64,000 nt of DNA from Algoriphagus sp. (GTDB taxonomy: Bacteria; Bacteroidota; Bacteroidia; Cytophagales; Cyclobacteriaceae): NCBI GenBank assembly GCA_029945945.1, contig JAQSDM010000001.1, positions 25,705 to 89,704 of the forward strand, written 5' to 3'. Of the stretch, positions 30,819 through 40,780 are shown one piece after another. A model generated the notes under the pieces. It was not told the origin of the DNA. It did no database searches and saw only the letters and a program-made list of their open reading frames with translations. The position numbers and the translations under genes are program-made. Position 1 is the stretch's first letter; each line of letters starts with the position of its first letter.

Positions 30819-33623
30819 TTAATGAAAATTAAACCAAAGTACGAGCGGATAACCAGTATCTCCGGTATGACCTACTCCGAATCCAGGCTGAGATTGCGGA
30901 CCCATTTCGGATGCTAAATGAAACTTGGTGCCAATCGGCGAAATCTTAAACAGGAAACTCAGGTCAGATTCAGGAAGCACAGGCTTCACACCAGGAGTTG
31001 AATCTTCAGGAAGGACAGGTTTGAAAAGGCCTAGATATAAGCCGGGCGTTTCAGTTCTAATCTCAATTATCCCTTCTTCAGTTTTCAATTTAAGTGCATG
31101 GAAATTTGAGTGAAAGCCTTTGAATTCGGGATAAATCAGGTTTTCAAAGCTGTATCCGGTGATAGTATTGTTATAAGCCTTTTCCCAAAGTCCAAATTCT
31201 GCACCTCGAAGTCGGTTCTGCCAAACCCGGTATGGACCATTTCCGATCCACTGGGCACTTTCCACTTTTTCCTCAGGATAGCTAAATCCGATGCCTAAAA
31301 TCTCGAGATTTTTACCTCCATAATTAGGCGGAGAAACCTCCATTTTCACTTCGCCGTTGGTCATGACGGTCCAAGTCACAGAAGCGGGATATGGCTTATA
31401 GCCGGATTTGATCTGGATTGCTCCATCTTTCAATTGCTTCCAGGTTACCTGCAGAAACTCGGTTTCAAGTCCTTCCACTTTTGTGTTTTGGGCAAGAGAA
31501 ATCAATCTCATTCCAACCTTTACTTTTTCCAGGTTTCCTTTTGCCTTGCTGAAAATATAGATTTTATCTCCCACTGCGACCTGCAAATCAATGGTGGATT
31601 CCCGAACTTTGATTGATTCTTTGGTGACCGGAGCAGTTCCAAAATAGCTTTTCAATCCTTCTTTTGGCTTTCTGATAGGATACGACCAGGTGTAAAGTTC
31701 CTCCCCGTGTAATCCAATCGCTTGAAGTTTTAAAGCATCGCCTGATTCCCATCCCTTTGGAAGTCCCAAATTGATATCCCGGGTTTCTCCTGGCTTCCCG
31801 GCAGGAAGAGAAACGGTTTCGGAAAAGAGGTTTTGAACTTCCTCCCATCCATTGAATTTCTCAACTGTCCAGACCAATTTGCAGGAAGACAAATCCGTGT
31901 ACAGATACTTATTTGTCACCAGGATTTTGCCGTCAAATTCAGAACTCACGGTAATGGGTTCAATTTGGACAGGAGACCAGATGGATTTGATTGTGTAAAA
32001 GCTTCCTTCTTTCTCCCGATAAGGTCCTAAAATCCCATCCGGAGCATGATTTCCATCCGAATCATGAATTCCTCCTTGGTCCTTCCGGACCAAAGCTTCA
32101 TCAGAAAATACCCATAAAAATCCGCCTGCCCCAATCGGACTACTGATATAACTTTCCCAGAAATCTTCCAAACCAGCACCTAAACCTCCATCATACAATC
32201 CATGAAGCAATTCCGTTGGCATAAAAATATCCTGGCCTTTGGACAAGCGATTGAGACCGGCATCGTATCGTGGATAATGAAATGTGTCCATCCCATTTCT
32301 CTGAAGCCATGGATACAAAATCGGACGTTTTTGAATATCAAACTGATGAAAACCTTTCTCGTTGGCAAAGTTCCAACCACCTTCATTACCATGGTCCCAG
32401 ATCACGACTGAAGCATGATTGGCATCTTTAAGCACAGTTTCTTTTACCAATTTGGGCCCCACGATGGTGTCATAGGCATCCTGCCAGCCGGTTACTTCAT
32501 CCAATACAAATAGGCCAAGTGAATCACAAAGATCCAGGAATCGCTCATCAGGATTATAATGGGACATCCGAACTGCATTCATATTCATCTCTTTCATGAG
32601 CAGAATGTCCTCTTTATGATTCTTGTCGCTCAGCGCACGGCCGGTGATTGGGTAGAAAGAATGTCGATTGACACCTTTGAAAATCACCCGAACTCCATTA
32701 ACATAGATCCCATCATTAAATTTTAATTCGACAGTCCGGAAGCCAACCCGTTCTGATTTTTGATAAGTCACATTAGTATTTTCAATCAGGGAAAAGCGCG
32801 CTTCATAGAGATTGGGGGTTTCCGGATTCCAGGATTTTACCTCCGGAAATTTCTGGATCAGCCAAACAGAATCTGAGGTTACCGGTCTTGAAAATTCTCC
32901 CAAAGCCTTTCCTGAACCCAATTCAAACAACTCAACTTTTATCTGAGCACCTTTGGGTACTTCATTAAGTGTGATCAAAGTTCTGAGTTCCCCATCACCT
33001 TGTGCATCCACAGCTATCCGGGTAAAATGAGTTTGAGGTAAAATCTCCAGAAAGACAGGCCTGAAAATCCCTCCAAAAATCCAAAAATCAGCTTCTCTCT
33101 CAGCAGCATTCACGGATTCATTTGCAGAATGCTTTGCCACTTTCACTTCAAGAACATTTTCAGCTCCGATTTTGAGTAGGCTTGTAATGTCATACGAAAA
33201 ACGGTAAAAACCACCCTGATGAGTTACTCCAGCTGGTTTTCCGTTGATCCAAACGTCCGTATCAGTCATTGCCCCGTCAAAAACCAGGCGAATTACTTTT
33301 CCTCTCCAATCAGAAGGAGCGTTGAATTTATGTGTGTAGGTTCCGATTTCTTTGCCAAGGATACGATCAGGATTTTTATGATCATGCCCATAATTGAAGG
33401 TTCCAAAACCTTGCATTTCCCAATTGGAGGGAACAGGAATTAAGGCGGATTCACCTTTTCTTCTGCCTTCGGAAATTTTAAATCCCCAGTTAACGGGCGA
33501 GGCGGCATCCTTTCCGCTAAGATAAACTCTCTGGTATTCTGATTTATTTTGGGAGTATAGGATTGTGCTTATTCCAAAATAAAATAAGCCAAAAGCCAAT
33601 ATTTGACGGAAGTAAATTTGCAT
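30819..33623 (-). CDS. Glycoside hydrolase family 2, beta-galactosidase-like
   Basis: GGIFRPV, KGVNRH, NAVRMSHY, NHASV..W..GNE; ATG at 33623. Confidence 0.93.
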   Translation of the reverse strand: MQIYFRQILAFGLFYFGISTILYSQNKSEYQRVYLSGKDAASPVNWGFKISEGRRKGESALIPVPSNWEMQGFGTFNYGHDHKNPDRILGKEIGTYTHKFNAPSDWRGKVIRLVFDGAMTDTDVWINGKPAGVTHQGGFYRFSYDITSLLKIGAENVLEVKVAKHSANESVNAAEREADFWIFGGIFRPVFLEILPQTHFTRIAVDAQGDGELRTLITLNEVPKGAQIKVELFELGSGKALGEFSRPVTSDSVWLIQKFPEVKSWNPETPNLYEARFSLIENTNVTYQKSERVGFRTVELKFNDGIYVNGVRVIFKGVNRHSFYPITGRALSDKNHKEDILLMKEMNMNAVRMSHYNPDERFLDLCDSLGLFVLDEVTGWQDAYDTIVGPKLVKETVLKDANHASVVIWDHGNEGGWNFANEKGFHQFDIQKRPILYPWLQRNGMDTFHYPRYDAGLNRLSKGQDIFMPTELLHGLYDGGLGAGLEDFWESYISSPIGAGGFLWVFSDEALVRKDQGGIHDSDGNHAPDGILGPYREKEGSFYTIKSIWSPVQIEPITVSSEFDGKILVTNKYLYTDLSSCKLVWTVEKFNGWEEVQNLFSETVSLPAGKPGETRDINLGLPKGWESGDALKLQAIGLHGEELYTWSYPIRKPKEGLKSYFGTAPVTKESIKVRESTIDLQVAVGDKIYIFSKAKGNLEKVKVGMRLISLAQNTKVEGLETEFLQVTWKQLKDGAIQIKSGYKPYPASVTWTVMTNGEVKMEVSPPNYGGKNLEILGIGFSYPEEKVESAQWIGNGPYRVWQNRLRGAEFGLWEKAYNNTITGYSFENLIYPEFKGFHSNFHALKLKTEEGIIEIRTETPGLYLGLFKPVLPEDSTPGVKPVLPESDLSFLFKISPIGTKFHLASEMGPQSQPGFGVGHTGDTGYPLVLWFNFH

Positions 33624-33831
33624 TGACAAAAGAAATTCTGAGCAATTGAAGCCTTAAAATAGGTTTAATCCAAAGCTAAAAAAACCCATCAATCAAATCA
33701 TTGGAGATTTATGCCTGGATTGCATGAATTACTCTTCTAAAATCAATCCAAAGCAGGATCATTTTTTGATTTAAAATGGCATTTTTTCACATTTTCTATA
33801 TCTTAGAACCACACTGAAATTTTTAACCCAA

Positions 33832-35562
33832 ATGAGTTCAATAGACCCCTCAATTCTTATTAAAGCCCAAAGCTGGCTTGACGGAAACATAGACCAAGAT
33901 ACAAAGGCTAGCATCAAAAAGCTGATTGCCGAAAACCCCACAGAATTGGTTGATTCTTTTTACCAGGATCTGGAATTTGGAACGGGTGGACTGCGGGGAT
34001 TGATGGGTGTCGGCACCAATCGTATGAATGTCTATACGATCGGAATGGCGACCCAAGGCCTTGCAAACTACCTGCTGAAATGCTTTCCAGGAGAAGAAAT
34101 CAGCGTAGCCATTACGCATGATTGCCGAATAAATAACACGCTGTTCGCAACCACCACTGCTAATGTGTTTACCGCAAACGGAATCAAGGTATTTTACTTC
34201 CGGGAAATGAGACCAACACCGATGCTCTCTTTCGCTGTAAGACATTTTGGTTGCAAAAGCGGCGTGATGATCACTGCATCCCACAATCCGAAGGAATACA
34301 ATGGCTACAAAGCATACTGGGACGATGGTGCTCAGGTTGTCGCTCCTCATGATACCAACATAATCAAGGAAGTGCAAAAGATCACTTCGTTTGATCAGGT
34401 GAATTGGAATAAAAACGATTCTTTGTTTCACTACATCGAGGAAGATTTCGATGCGATTTACTTGGAAAAAGTAAAAGCGCTCAGTCTATCCCCGGCTGCC
34501 AATCAGGCGAATAAAAATATGCCGATCGTCTTTTCTCCAATTCATGGTGCATCCGGAAAAATGGTCCCTGCGGGTTTGAAGGCATTTGGATTTGAAAACA
34601 TAAACATTGTAAAAGAGCAAGCCGAACCTGATGGTACCTTTCCGACAGTGATTTACCCAAATCCTGAGGAAGCGGAAGCTTTAACCCTCTCGCTGAAGCT
34701 TGGAAAAGAAGTTGGGGCTGAATTGGTGCTAGCCTGTGACCCGGATGGAGATCGCTATGCCGCTGCAGTCCCAAATGGTTCAGGTGAATTTGAGCTATTG
34801 AACGGTAACCAAACCGGGACACTTCTCACCTATTATTTGCTCAGCAGATGGAAAGAAGCCGGAAAACTGGATGGAAAGCAATTCATGGTTAACACAATTG
34901 TGACCACCGAACTCATTGATGAAATCGCAAAAGGATTTGGAGTAAAGTGTTTTTCGGTTCTAACGGGTTTCAAAAATATCGCTGCAATTATTCGCGATTT
35001 GGAAGGAAAAGAAACCTTCATCGGAGGTGGTGAAGAATCTTATGGCTATCTGATTGGAGATTTTGTCCGGGACAAAGACGGCGTAAGTGCTTGTGCGATG
35101 GTAGCGGAACTGGTGGCTTATTATAAAACTCAGGGAAAAACTGTTTTTGATGTGTTGGCTGAGATTTATGGAAAGTTTGAATTCTACAAAGAATCTCTGA
35201 TCTCAGTTACCAAAAAAGGAAAAGACGGTGCCGAACAGATTCAGGCGTTGATGATGGACTTCAGACTAAACCCTCCAAAATCCATGAATGGAGTTGAAGT
35301 AGTGAAAATCGTGGACGTAAAGGAAAGCACGATTACTTATCCCGCTACAGGAAAGACGGAAAAGCTCAATATGGATAAGTCCAACGTGATGCAATTCTAT
35401 CTTGCTGACGGAAGTAAAATCTCCGCAAGACCTTCCGGCACCGAACCTAAAATCAAATATTATTTCTCGGTTCATACTCCACTTTCAAACCCTGCCGATT
35501 ATCGCAGAACTGAAAACGACCTTATTGAAAAATTGGAAGGATTGAAACGATATTTTAGTTAA
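33832..35562 (+). CDS. Phosphoglucomutase/phosphomannomutase (alpha-D-phosphohexomutase)
   Basis: FGTGGLRG, TASHNP, DPDGDR, GEESYG, RPSGTEPKIKYY. Confidence 0.96.
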   Translation: MSSIDPSILIKAQSWLDGNIDQDTKASIKKLIAENPTELVDSFYQDLEFGTGGLRGLMGVGTNRMNVYTIGMATQGLANYLLKCFPGEEISVAITHDCRINNTLFATTTANVFTANGIKVFYFREMRPTPMLSFAVRHFGCKSGVMITASHNPKEYNGYKAYWDDGAQVVAPHDTNIIKEVQKITSFDQVNWNKNDSLFHYIEEDFDAIYLEKVKALSLSPAANQANKNMPIVFSPIHGASGKMVPAGLKAFGFENINIVKEQAEPDGTFPTVIYPNPEEAEALTLSLKLGKEVGAELVLACDPDGDRYAAAVPNGSGEFELLNGNQTGTLLTYYLLSRWKEAGKLDGKQFMVNTIVTTELIDEIAKGFGVKCFSVLTGFKNIAAIIRDLEGKETFIGGGEESYGYLIGDFVRDKDGVSACAMVAELVAYYKTQGKTVFDVLAEIYGKFEFYKESLISVTKKGKDGAEQIQALMMDFRLNPPKSMNGVEVVKIVDVKESTITYPATGKTEKLNMDKSNVMQFYLADGSKISARPSGTEPKIKYYFSVHTPLSNPADYRRTENDLIEKLEGLKRYFS

Positions 35563-35572
35563 AAATCAACGT

Positions 35573-35619
35573 CCAAAACGAGAAAGCACCGGCATAAAAC
35601 CGGTGCTTTCTCGTTTTGG
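35573..35619. terminator. Bidirectional terminator with a perfect 20-bp stem
   Basis: CCAAAACGAGAAAGCACCGG-cataaaa-CCGGTGCTTTCTCGTTTTGG between convergent genes. Confidence 0.75.
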
Positions 35620-35640
35620 GATAAAAGGAATTCAAAGATT

Positions 35641-36585
35641 CTATTCTTTTCCGATATGGACTAAAGCATCTCCCACATTGATAACCGGAAGATTGTTGAT
35701 CCCGATCACATGACCGTTGGTTGGCGATTTCACTTCAATTTTCACTTGTCCATAGGGATCCGAAATTTCGGCCATGATCTGACCTTTTTTGACAGACTCA
35801 CCGAGTTTTACGCTTGAGTTGAAAATTCCGGAAGCTTTGGCACGAACCCAATCGCTTTCTTTCAGGATAGTGCTTTCCTGAGCTTTTGTGCTATTTCCGA
35901 GCATTCCCAGGCTGTGAAGCAATCGCTTGGTTCCTTGGACGCCTTCTTCAATTGCAAAATCATCCACTCGCATGGATTCTCCGCCCTCGTAAACAAGAAT
36001 GTGTTTTCTAGCCTTAAAAGCGGTTTTTCTAAAGGATTTTTCGATGTGTCTCGAATTAACTATGAAGTGGGTGCAAAAGGACTTTGCCAAATCCAGCCCA
36101 ACTTTGTCTTTAAAATCTACCCTGACCTGAGGATGGTTGGAAAGCATCCTGCCACCGGTATGGAAGTCAATTCCATAATCAATTTGCGGAATGATTTCTT
36201 CGTTAATAATGAAAGCGATTCTTGATGCAAGAGATCCTTTTTTGCTTCCGGGAAAGCTTCTGTTGAGATCTCGGCCATCCGGAAAAGTGCGACTATTTGA
36301 AAGAAATCCATAAATATTCATGAGAGGAATAAAAATCAAGGTGCCCCGGAGTAAACTCCAACCCTGATCCATTTCTTCCAAAAGCCGTCTTGCAGTAACG
36401 ATTCCGTTGATTTCGTCTCCATGTACTCCACCGCTGATCAAAACAACAGGACCTTCCTCTTGAGCTCTCCGTATAAATATAGGAAGGTCAATAAGAGTGT
36501 GAGAGGGTAGTTTAGCAATTGGAATTTCGATGTTGACTGATTGCCCAGGTCGAACCCGAACACCATTGATTAACAATTCTCTCAT
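35641..36585 (-). CDS. Succinylglutamate desuccinylase/aspartoacylase (M14-like) family protein
   Basis: GVHGDEING, DLNRSFPG, IDFHTG, YEGGE, C-terminal lipoyl-like domain. Confidence 0.92.
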   Translation of the reverse strand: MRELLINGVRVRPGQSVNIEIPIAKLPSHTLIDLPIFIRRAQEEGPVVLISGGVHGDEINGIVTARRLLEEMDQGWSLLRGTLIFIPLMNIYGFLSNSRTFPDGRDLNRSFPGSKKGSLASRIAFIINEEIIPQIDYGIDFHTGGRMLSNHPQVRVDFKDKVGLDLAKSFCTHFIVNSRHIEKSFRKTAFKARKHILVYEGGESMRVDDFAIEEGVQGTKRLLHSLGMLGNSTKAQESTILKESDWVRAKASGIFNSSVKLGESVKKGQIMAEISDPYGQVKIEVKSPTNGHVIGINNLPVINVGDALVHIGKE

Positions 36586-36653
36586 GAAGGAAATTGAATT
36601 CTATTTCAGAATGGGATAAAATCTTGCTTATTTCGTATGTCAAGCCAAAGTTC

Positions 36654-37667
36654 ATGAATATACAAGAAAACATTTCACTCAAGCCTTACAACACATTTGG
36701 AATTGATAAAAAAGCCAGATTTTTTGTTGTTGTAAAGAGTTCGTCTGAGCTCATTGAAGCACTTAAATGGGGAAATGAGAACGATCTTATAATCCTGATC
36801 CTGGGAGGAGGTAGCAACATTTTATTAACTCAGGATCTCGACGCACTAATAATCAAAATTGAAATAAAGGGAATAAATCCGGACTGGGAATCCAACGAGC
36901 ATATCTGGGTCGAAGTGGGTGCAGGAGAATTATGGCATGATTTGGTGGTTTTTGCTATTGAAAATAATTGGGGAGGAATTGAAAATCTATCCTTAATACC
37001 CGGAACAGTCGGAGCATCTCCAATGCAAAATATTGGAGCCTACGGTGTGGAAATCAAAGATGTCTTCCATAGCCTGAAAGCACTGAATCGGTTAACTTAT
37101 GAAATCGAAGAGTTTGAATCCAATCAATGCAGATTTGGGTATCGAGAGAGTGTGTTCAAAAATGAGTTAAAAGGCCAGTATATCATTCTCACTGTAACTT
37201 TTAAACTTGATAAGGTTCCAAAATTAAAACTGGAATATGGAGCGATCCGAGAAACACTAGCTAAACATAACATTGAAACACCCACAATAAAATCAGTGAG
37301 TGATGCCGTAATTGAAATTCGTCAATCCAAGCTTCCGGACCCAAAACAAATTGGAAATGCCGGATCATTTTTTAAAAATCCGACAATTTCAATTGAACAG
37401 CACGAAAGTTTAAAAGCGGAATATCCTTCCATTCCGGGTTACCAAAATGAAGAAGGAATGAAAGTGCCCGCAGCTTGGCTTATCGAACAGTGCGGTTGGA
37501 AAGGGAAAAGATTTGGTGAAGTGGGCGTGCATGAGAATCAACCACTGGTTTTGGTCAACTACGGGAATGGAGACGGAAGAGCAGTTAGGGATTTGTCAAT
37601 TAAAATTCAAAAATCTGTCTTTGACAAATTTGGTATAAACCTTCATCCGGAGGTCAATTTCCTTTAG
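36654..37667 (+). CDS. murB: UDP-N-acetylmuramate dehydrogenase
   Basis: NTFGI, LGGGSN, IPGTVGASPMQNIGAYG, FGYRES, GNAGSFFKNP, LHPEV; ATG at 36654. Confidence 0.98.
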   Translation: MNIQENISLKPYNTFGIDKKARFFVVVKSSSELIEALKWGNENDLIILILGGGSNILLTQDLDALIIKIEIKGINPDWESNEHIWVEVGAGELWHDLVVFAIENNWGGIENLSLIPGTVGASPMQNIGAYGVEIKDVFHSLKALNRLTYEIEEFESNQCRFGYRESVFKNELKGQYIILTVTFKLDKVPKLKLEYGAIRETLAKHNIETPTIKSVSDAVIEIRQSKLPDPKQIGNAGSFFKNPTISIEQHESLKAEYPSIPGYQNEEGMKVPAAWLIEQCGWKGKRFGEVGVHENQPLVLVNYGNGDGRAVRDLSIKIQKSVFDKFGINLHPEVNFL

Positions 37668-38146
37668 ATCAAAATATCTTTTACCTCTATTGATTTGTCG
37701 TATTTATCGACATGGATTCCAAATTTCCTTAGAAAGTCAACACCTTCATCCGATCCGATTCCTTTGTACTCAGCATAGGAAAAAAGGTAGACGACCTTTG
37801 AAATACCCATTGAAAAGATGATTCTGGCACAGGCAAGACAGGGTGCCAACGTCACATATAGCGTAGAACCATCAACCGAAGTATTATTTTTTACTGCGTA
37901 TAAAATTGCATTTTGCTCAGCATGAAGGGCCAGCGAACAACTTCCCTTACTATCACGGGCACATCCAGTTTCCGGAAATTCCACGTCACAATTATGAGTA
38001 CCAGCAGGAGGCCCATTGTATCCGATAGAGATTATTCTGGTGTCTTTTGTCAGCACCGCTCCTACATGTTTCTTTATGCAATGGGATCGCTTGGCAAGAT
38101 TAACTGCCAATTCCATGTAGATATCATCAAAATCCGGTTTGCTCAT
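37664..38146 (-). CDS. dCMP deaminase (ComEB-like)
   Basis: GYNG, HAEQNA, PCLAC Zn-binding motifs. Confidence 0.95.
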   Translation of the reverse strand: MSKPDFDDIYMELAVNLAKRSHCIKKHVGAVLTKDTRIISIGYNGPPAGTHNCDVEFPETGCARDSKGSCSLALHAEQNAILYAVKNNTSVDGSTLYVTLAPCLACARIIFSMGISKVVYLFSYAEYKGIGSDEGVDFLRKFGIHVDKYDKSIEVKDILI

Positions 38147-38293
38147 TTTTTAAAATTTGCCCAAAAATAGCATTTGAAAGTCAAGGTGGTTTCGCTTTCT
38201 TGAATAATCCTTTCTATTTTTTCGTTTACACATTAATTATTTAACTTTTAGAGGAAGGTTTCTCAAGGAAGAACAAAAAAAAATGATCAAAAT

Positions 38294-38869
38294 ATGCAAG
38301 TTAGAATACCTAAAATTCTCTTGAGCTTCATTATCATGATGCAATTCTCTTGCAGCTCTATCGAGATTTTTAAAGAAAACACAGAAATCGCAGCTTCCAA
38401 ACCATATAAGTCATTTGTAATAATCAATCAGGAAATTGGTTTGCAAGGATTTTCATCGCAGTTTTTGGATCAACAAGTTCAAATCCACATACAGGAAGCT
38501 TTGGAATCCCGCGGTCTCGTTTATGATAAAACCGCTCCAGATCTGGTTATCCGATATACTTCCAATGAAGACCTACGAGAAAGAACAGTGAATAACAACC
38601 TCAACACGTATCCACTTTGGGGCTACAGGGTATGGGATCCTTGGGTTTACAATCCTTATAGCCCCTATAGAAGTAATTCCTCAAGTACCAGCAGTTATGA
38701 ATTGGTCCAGGTAATCATTGATTTCATTGATCCTATGGAGGACAAACTTCTTATGACCCTCACTGGGGTAACCGAGGTTAGTAGCGAAAAAACGAAAGGA
38801 AAAATAGTATTAAAAACCACAGATAAAATTCTCTCCAGATTTCTGGAGGAGATTCACCCAATTCAATAA
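38294..38869 (+). CDS. Lipoprotein, DUF4136-like
   Basis: Lipobox QFSC; PDLVI, Tyr/Trp/Pro-rich loop, IIDFID. Confidence 0.75.
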   Translation: MQVRIPKILLSFIIMMQFSCSSIEIFKENTEIAASKPYKSFVIINQEIGLQGFSSQFLDQQVQIHIQEALESRGLVYDKTAPDLVIRYTSNEDLRERTVNNNLNTYPLWGYRVWDPWVYNPYSPYRSNSSSTSSYELVQVIIDFIDPMEDKLLMTLTGVTEVSSEKTKGKIVLKTTDKILSRFLEEIHPIQ

Positions 38870-38880
38870 CCAATTTCAAA

Positions 38881-39198
38881 ATGGAAAAGAGATTTAAAAG
38901 CCTAAAAGAATTTTATCCTTACTATCTCAAAGAGCATCAGGATCCAACTTGCAGAGTACTTCATTTCATAGGTACCGGTCTCCTTTTTATAATTTTATTT
39001 ACCTCAATTTGGCTTTCGAACTATTGGCTTTTGATTTCAATCCCCTTCGTTGGATATGGATTTGCCTGGGTGGGTCATTACTTTTTTGAAAAAAACAAGC
39101 CCGCAACCTTCCAATATCCATTTTTTAGTTTGGCTTCAGATTTCCTGATGTTCTTCGATTTACTTAAAGGAAAAGAGAAGTTTCACCCTGTTTTATAG
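38881..39198 (+). CDS. DUF962/Mpo1-like membrane protein
   Basis: FYPYYLKEH, RVLHFIG, AWVGHYFFEKNKPATF. Confidence 0.9.
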   Translation: MEKRFKSLKEFYPYYLKEHQDPTCRVLHFIGTGLLFIILFTSIWLSNYWLLISIPFVGYGFAWVGHYFFEKNKPATFQYPFFSLASDFLMFFDLLKGKEKFHPVL

Positions 39199-39306
39199 AT
39201 TTTAGAATAAATGACATGATAATTGGCAGAATATTTGTCTTTTATCATTGAACTGTTACTTTTGTAATAGCATTAATGTATTTCAGGCGCATAATTTTGC
39301 ATTTTG

Positions 39307-39663
39307 ATGTTGACTATAGTTCTAATAGATGATGATCCTATCAGCACATTTGTGACTGAAAAACTCATATCTAAAAATGTGAAGGAACCCTGTAAGTTTT
39401 TTAAATATCAAAGCGCCAAAATCGCATTGCAAGAAATCTATGATATCAACCCCAATTACCTGTTTTTAGACTTGAATATGCCAGAAATGACTGGCTGGGA
39501 TTTTTTGGATCATTTTGATACAGCCAAGAATGAGGCAGAAATCTACATTTTGTCCAGTTCTGTTGACGAAAGGGACATTACAAAAGCAAGCCAGTATCAG
39601 GTTGTAAAAGAATACTTATCAAAACCTCTGATAAAAAAATATATTCAAAGTATTTTTAACTAA
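39307..39663 (+). CDS. Single-domain response regulator (CheY-like)
   Basis: IDDD, FLDLNMP, LSSS, SKPL; TACTTTTG -7 box at 39257-39264. Confidence 0.93.
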   Translation: MLTIVLIDDDPISTFVTEKLISKNVKEPCKFFKYQSAKIALQEIYDINPNYLFLDLNMPEMTGWDFLDHFDTAKNEAEIYILSSSVDERDITKASQYQVVKEYLSKPLIKKYIQSIFN

Positions 39664-39750
39664 CACGCAAAAAGAATTGGTTAAAAAAAAATCGATTTCT
39701 TTTCCAAACTCCTGTTTCCCAAATTAGTTAAGAAAAGAAAATGGAAACTC

Positions 39751-40236
39751 ATGGCAAGACCAAATCCGGAATTGATAGCTGCAATTGAAAGGACCATTCT
39801 TAAACTTTCCAAAGGTGCTCCTTACCAATGGGGACACATGGGAGCATGTAATTGTGGAAACCTCGCTCAGGAATTAACTAAACTTAGTAAATCAGAAATT
39901 CATAGCTATGCCATGCAGAGATATGGAGATTGGAATGATCAAATCCTTGAATTTTGTCCGACCAGTGGCTATCCGATGGATCTGATGATTCAAAAAATGA
40001 TTGATACCGGACTAACTCTAACAGATTTATCACATCTGGAAAGGCTTTCTGATCCGGAAATTTTAGCAACAATTCCAAAAGAACAAAGAGACAAATTATC
40101 AAAAAATTCCAAGGAAGATGTCGTGCTTTATATGCAAAATTGGGCTAAATTATTGAGAGATAATTGGCTAAGTCAAAATCCTGAAATCAGTTTCCCTATT
40201 GAAGAAAAAAAATTGGAGGTTGCTGTATTTAGCTAA
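39751..40236 (+). CDS. Hypothetical protein with His/Cys motif
   Basis: YQWGHMGACNCG...FCPTSG...HLE; good start context. Confidence 0.85.
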   Translation: MARPNPELIAAIERTILKLSKGAPYQWGHMGACNCGNLAQELTKLSKSEIHSYAMQRYGDWNDQILEFCPTSGYPMDLMIQKMIDTGLTLTDLSHLERLSDPEILATIPKEQRDKLSKNSKEDVVLYMQNWAKLLRDNWLSQNPEISFPIEEKKLEVAVFS

Positions 40237-40294
40237 TTGTTTTTTTCTTTATTTCGTGAAGTACAATCATTAAAAACCCCTATCAAATACTACT

Positions 40295-40480
40295 ATGGAG
40301 GATTTTGAAGAAGATTTCGAAGAAATTGACGACATCGAGGAAGAGGACGATTTCGGAGCAGAGTTTGAGGATGAGTATGATCTTGAAGAAGACAGTGAGC
40401 TCATTGACGATGGTATTCTAGATTTTGACGAAGATGATCTCGACGATCTTGATGATGATATTGTTGACGATTTAGATTAA
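40295..40480 (+). CDS. Hyper-acidic microprotein (61 aa)
   Basis: 38 of 61 residues are D/E and none are K/R/H; mixed synonymous codons; A-rich leader with A at -3. Confidence 0.75.
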   Translation: MEDFEEDFEEIDDIEEEDDFGAEFEDEYDLEEDSELIDDGILDFDEDDLDDLDDDIVDDLD

Positions 40481-40576
40481 AGTCTGGTAAAAGCATAGCT
40501 CGAAAGGAAAGCTTCTTGGTATTCTGATGCTTTGATTTTATCTTCGGGCACTATTTTGAATCACAACCTTATTCAC

Positions 40577-40723
40577 ATGATACTATTAGATGTTTTCACT
40601 TCACCTTTAGCACCAGGAGCACAAACCTTCCTTTTGATTGTTTGTATTGTAGTTGGTTTGGTAGCAGGACTTTCAGCAATAAACGCGAGATCTACTTTCA
40701 AGAAGAAGAAAGCTGAACATTGA
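40577..40723 (+). CDS. Small single-pass membrane protein (48 aa)
   Basis: MILLDVFTSPLAPGAQTFLLIVCIVVGLVAGLSAINARSTFKKKKAEH: one TM helix and a basic tail, followed by a terminator. Confidence 0.65.
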   Translation: MILLDVFTSPLAPGAQTFLLIVCIVVGLVAGLSAINARSTFKKKKAEH

Positions 40724-40738
40724 TATTTTCAATAATTT

Positions 40739-40767
40739 AAAAAGGAGGTAAAAGCCTCCTTTTTTTT
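40739..40767 (+). terminator. Intrinsic terminator
   Basis: AAAAAGGAGG-taaaag-CCTCCTTTTT plus T-run. Confidence 0.8.
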
Positions 40768-40780
40768 ATGCCCAAAATTT

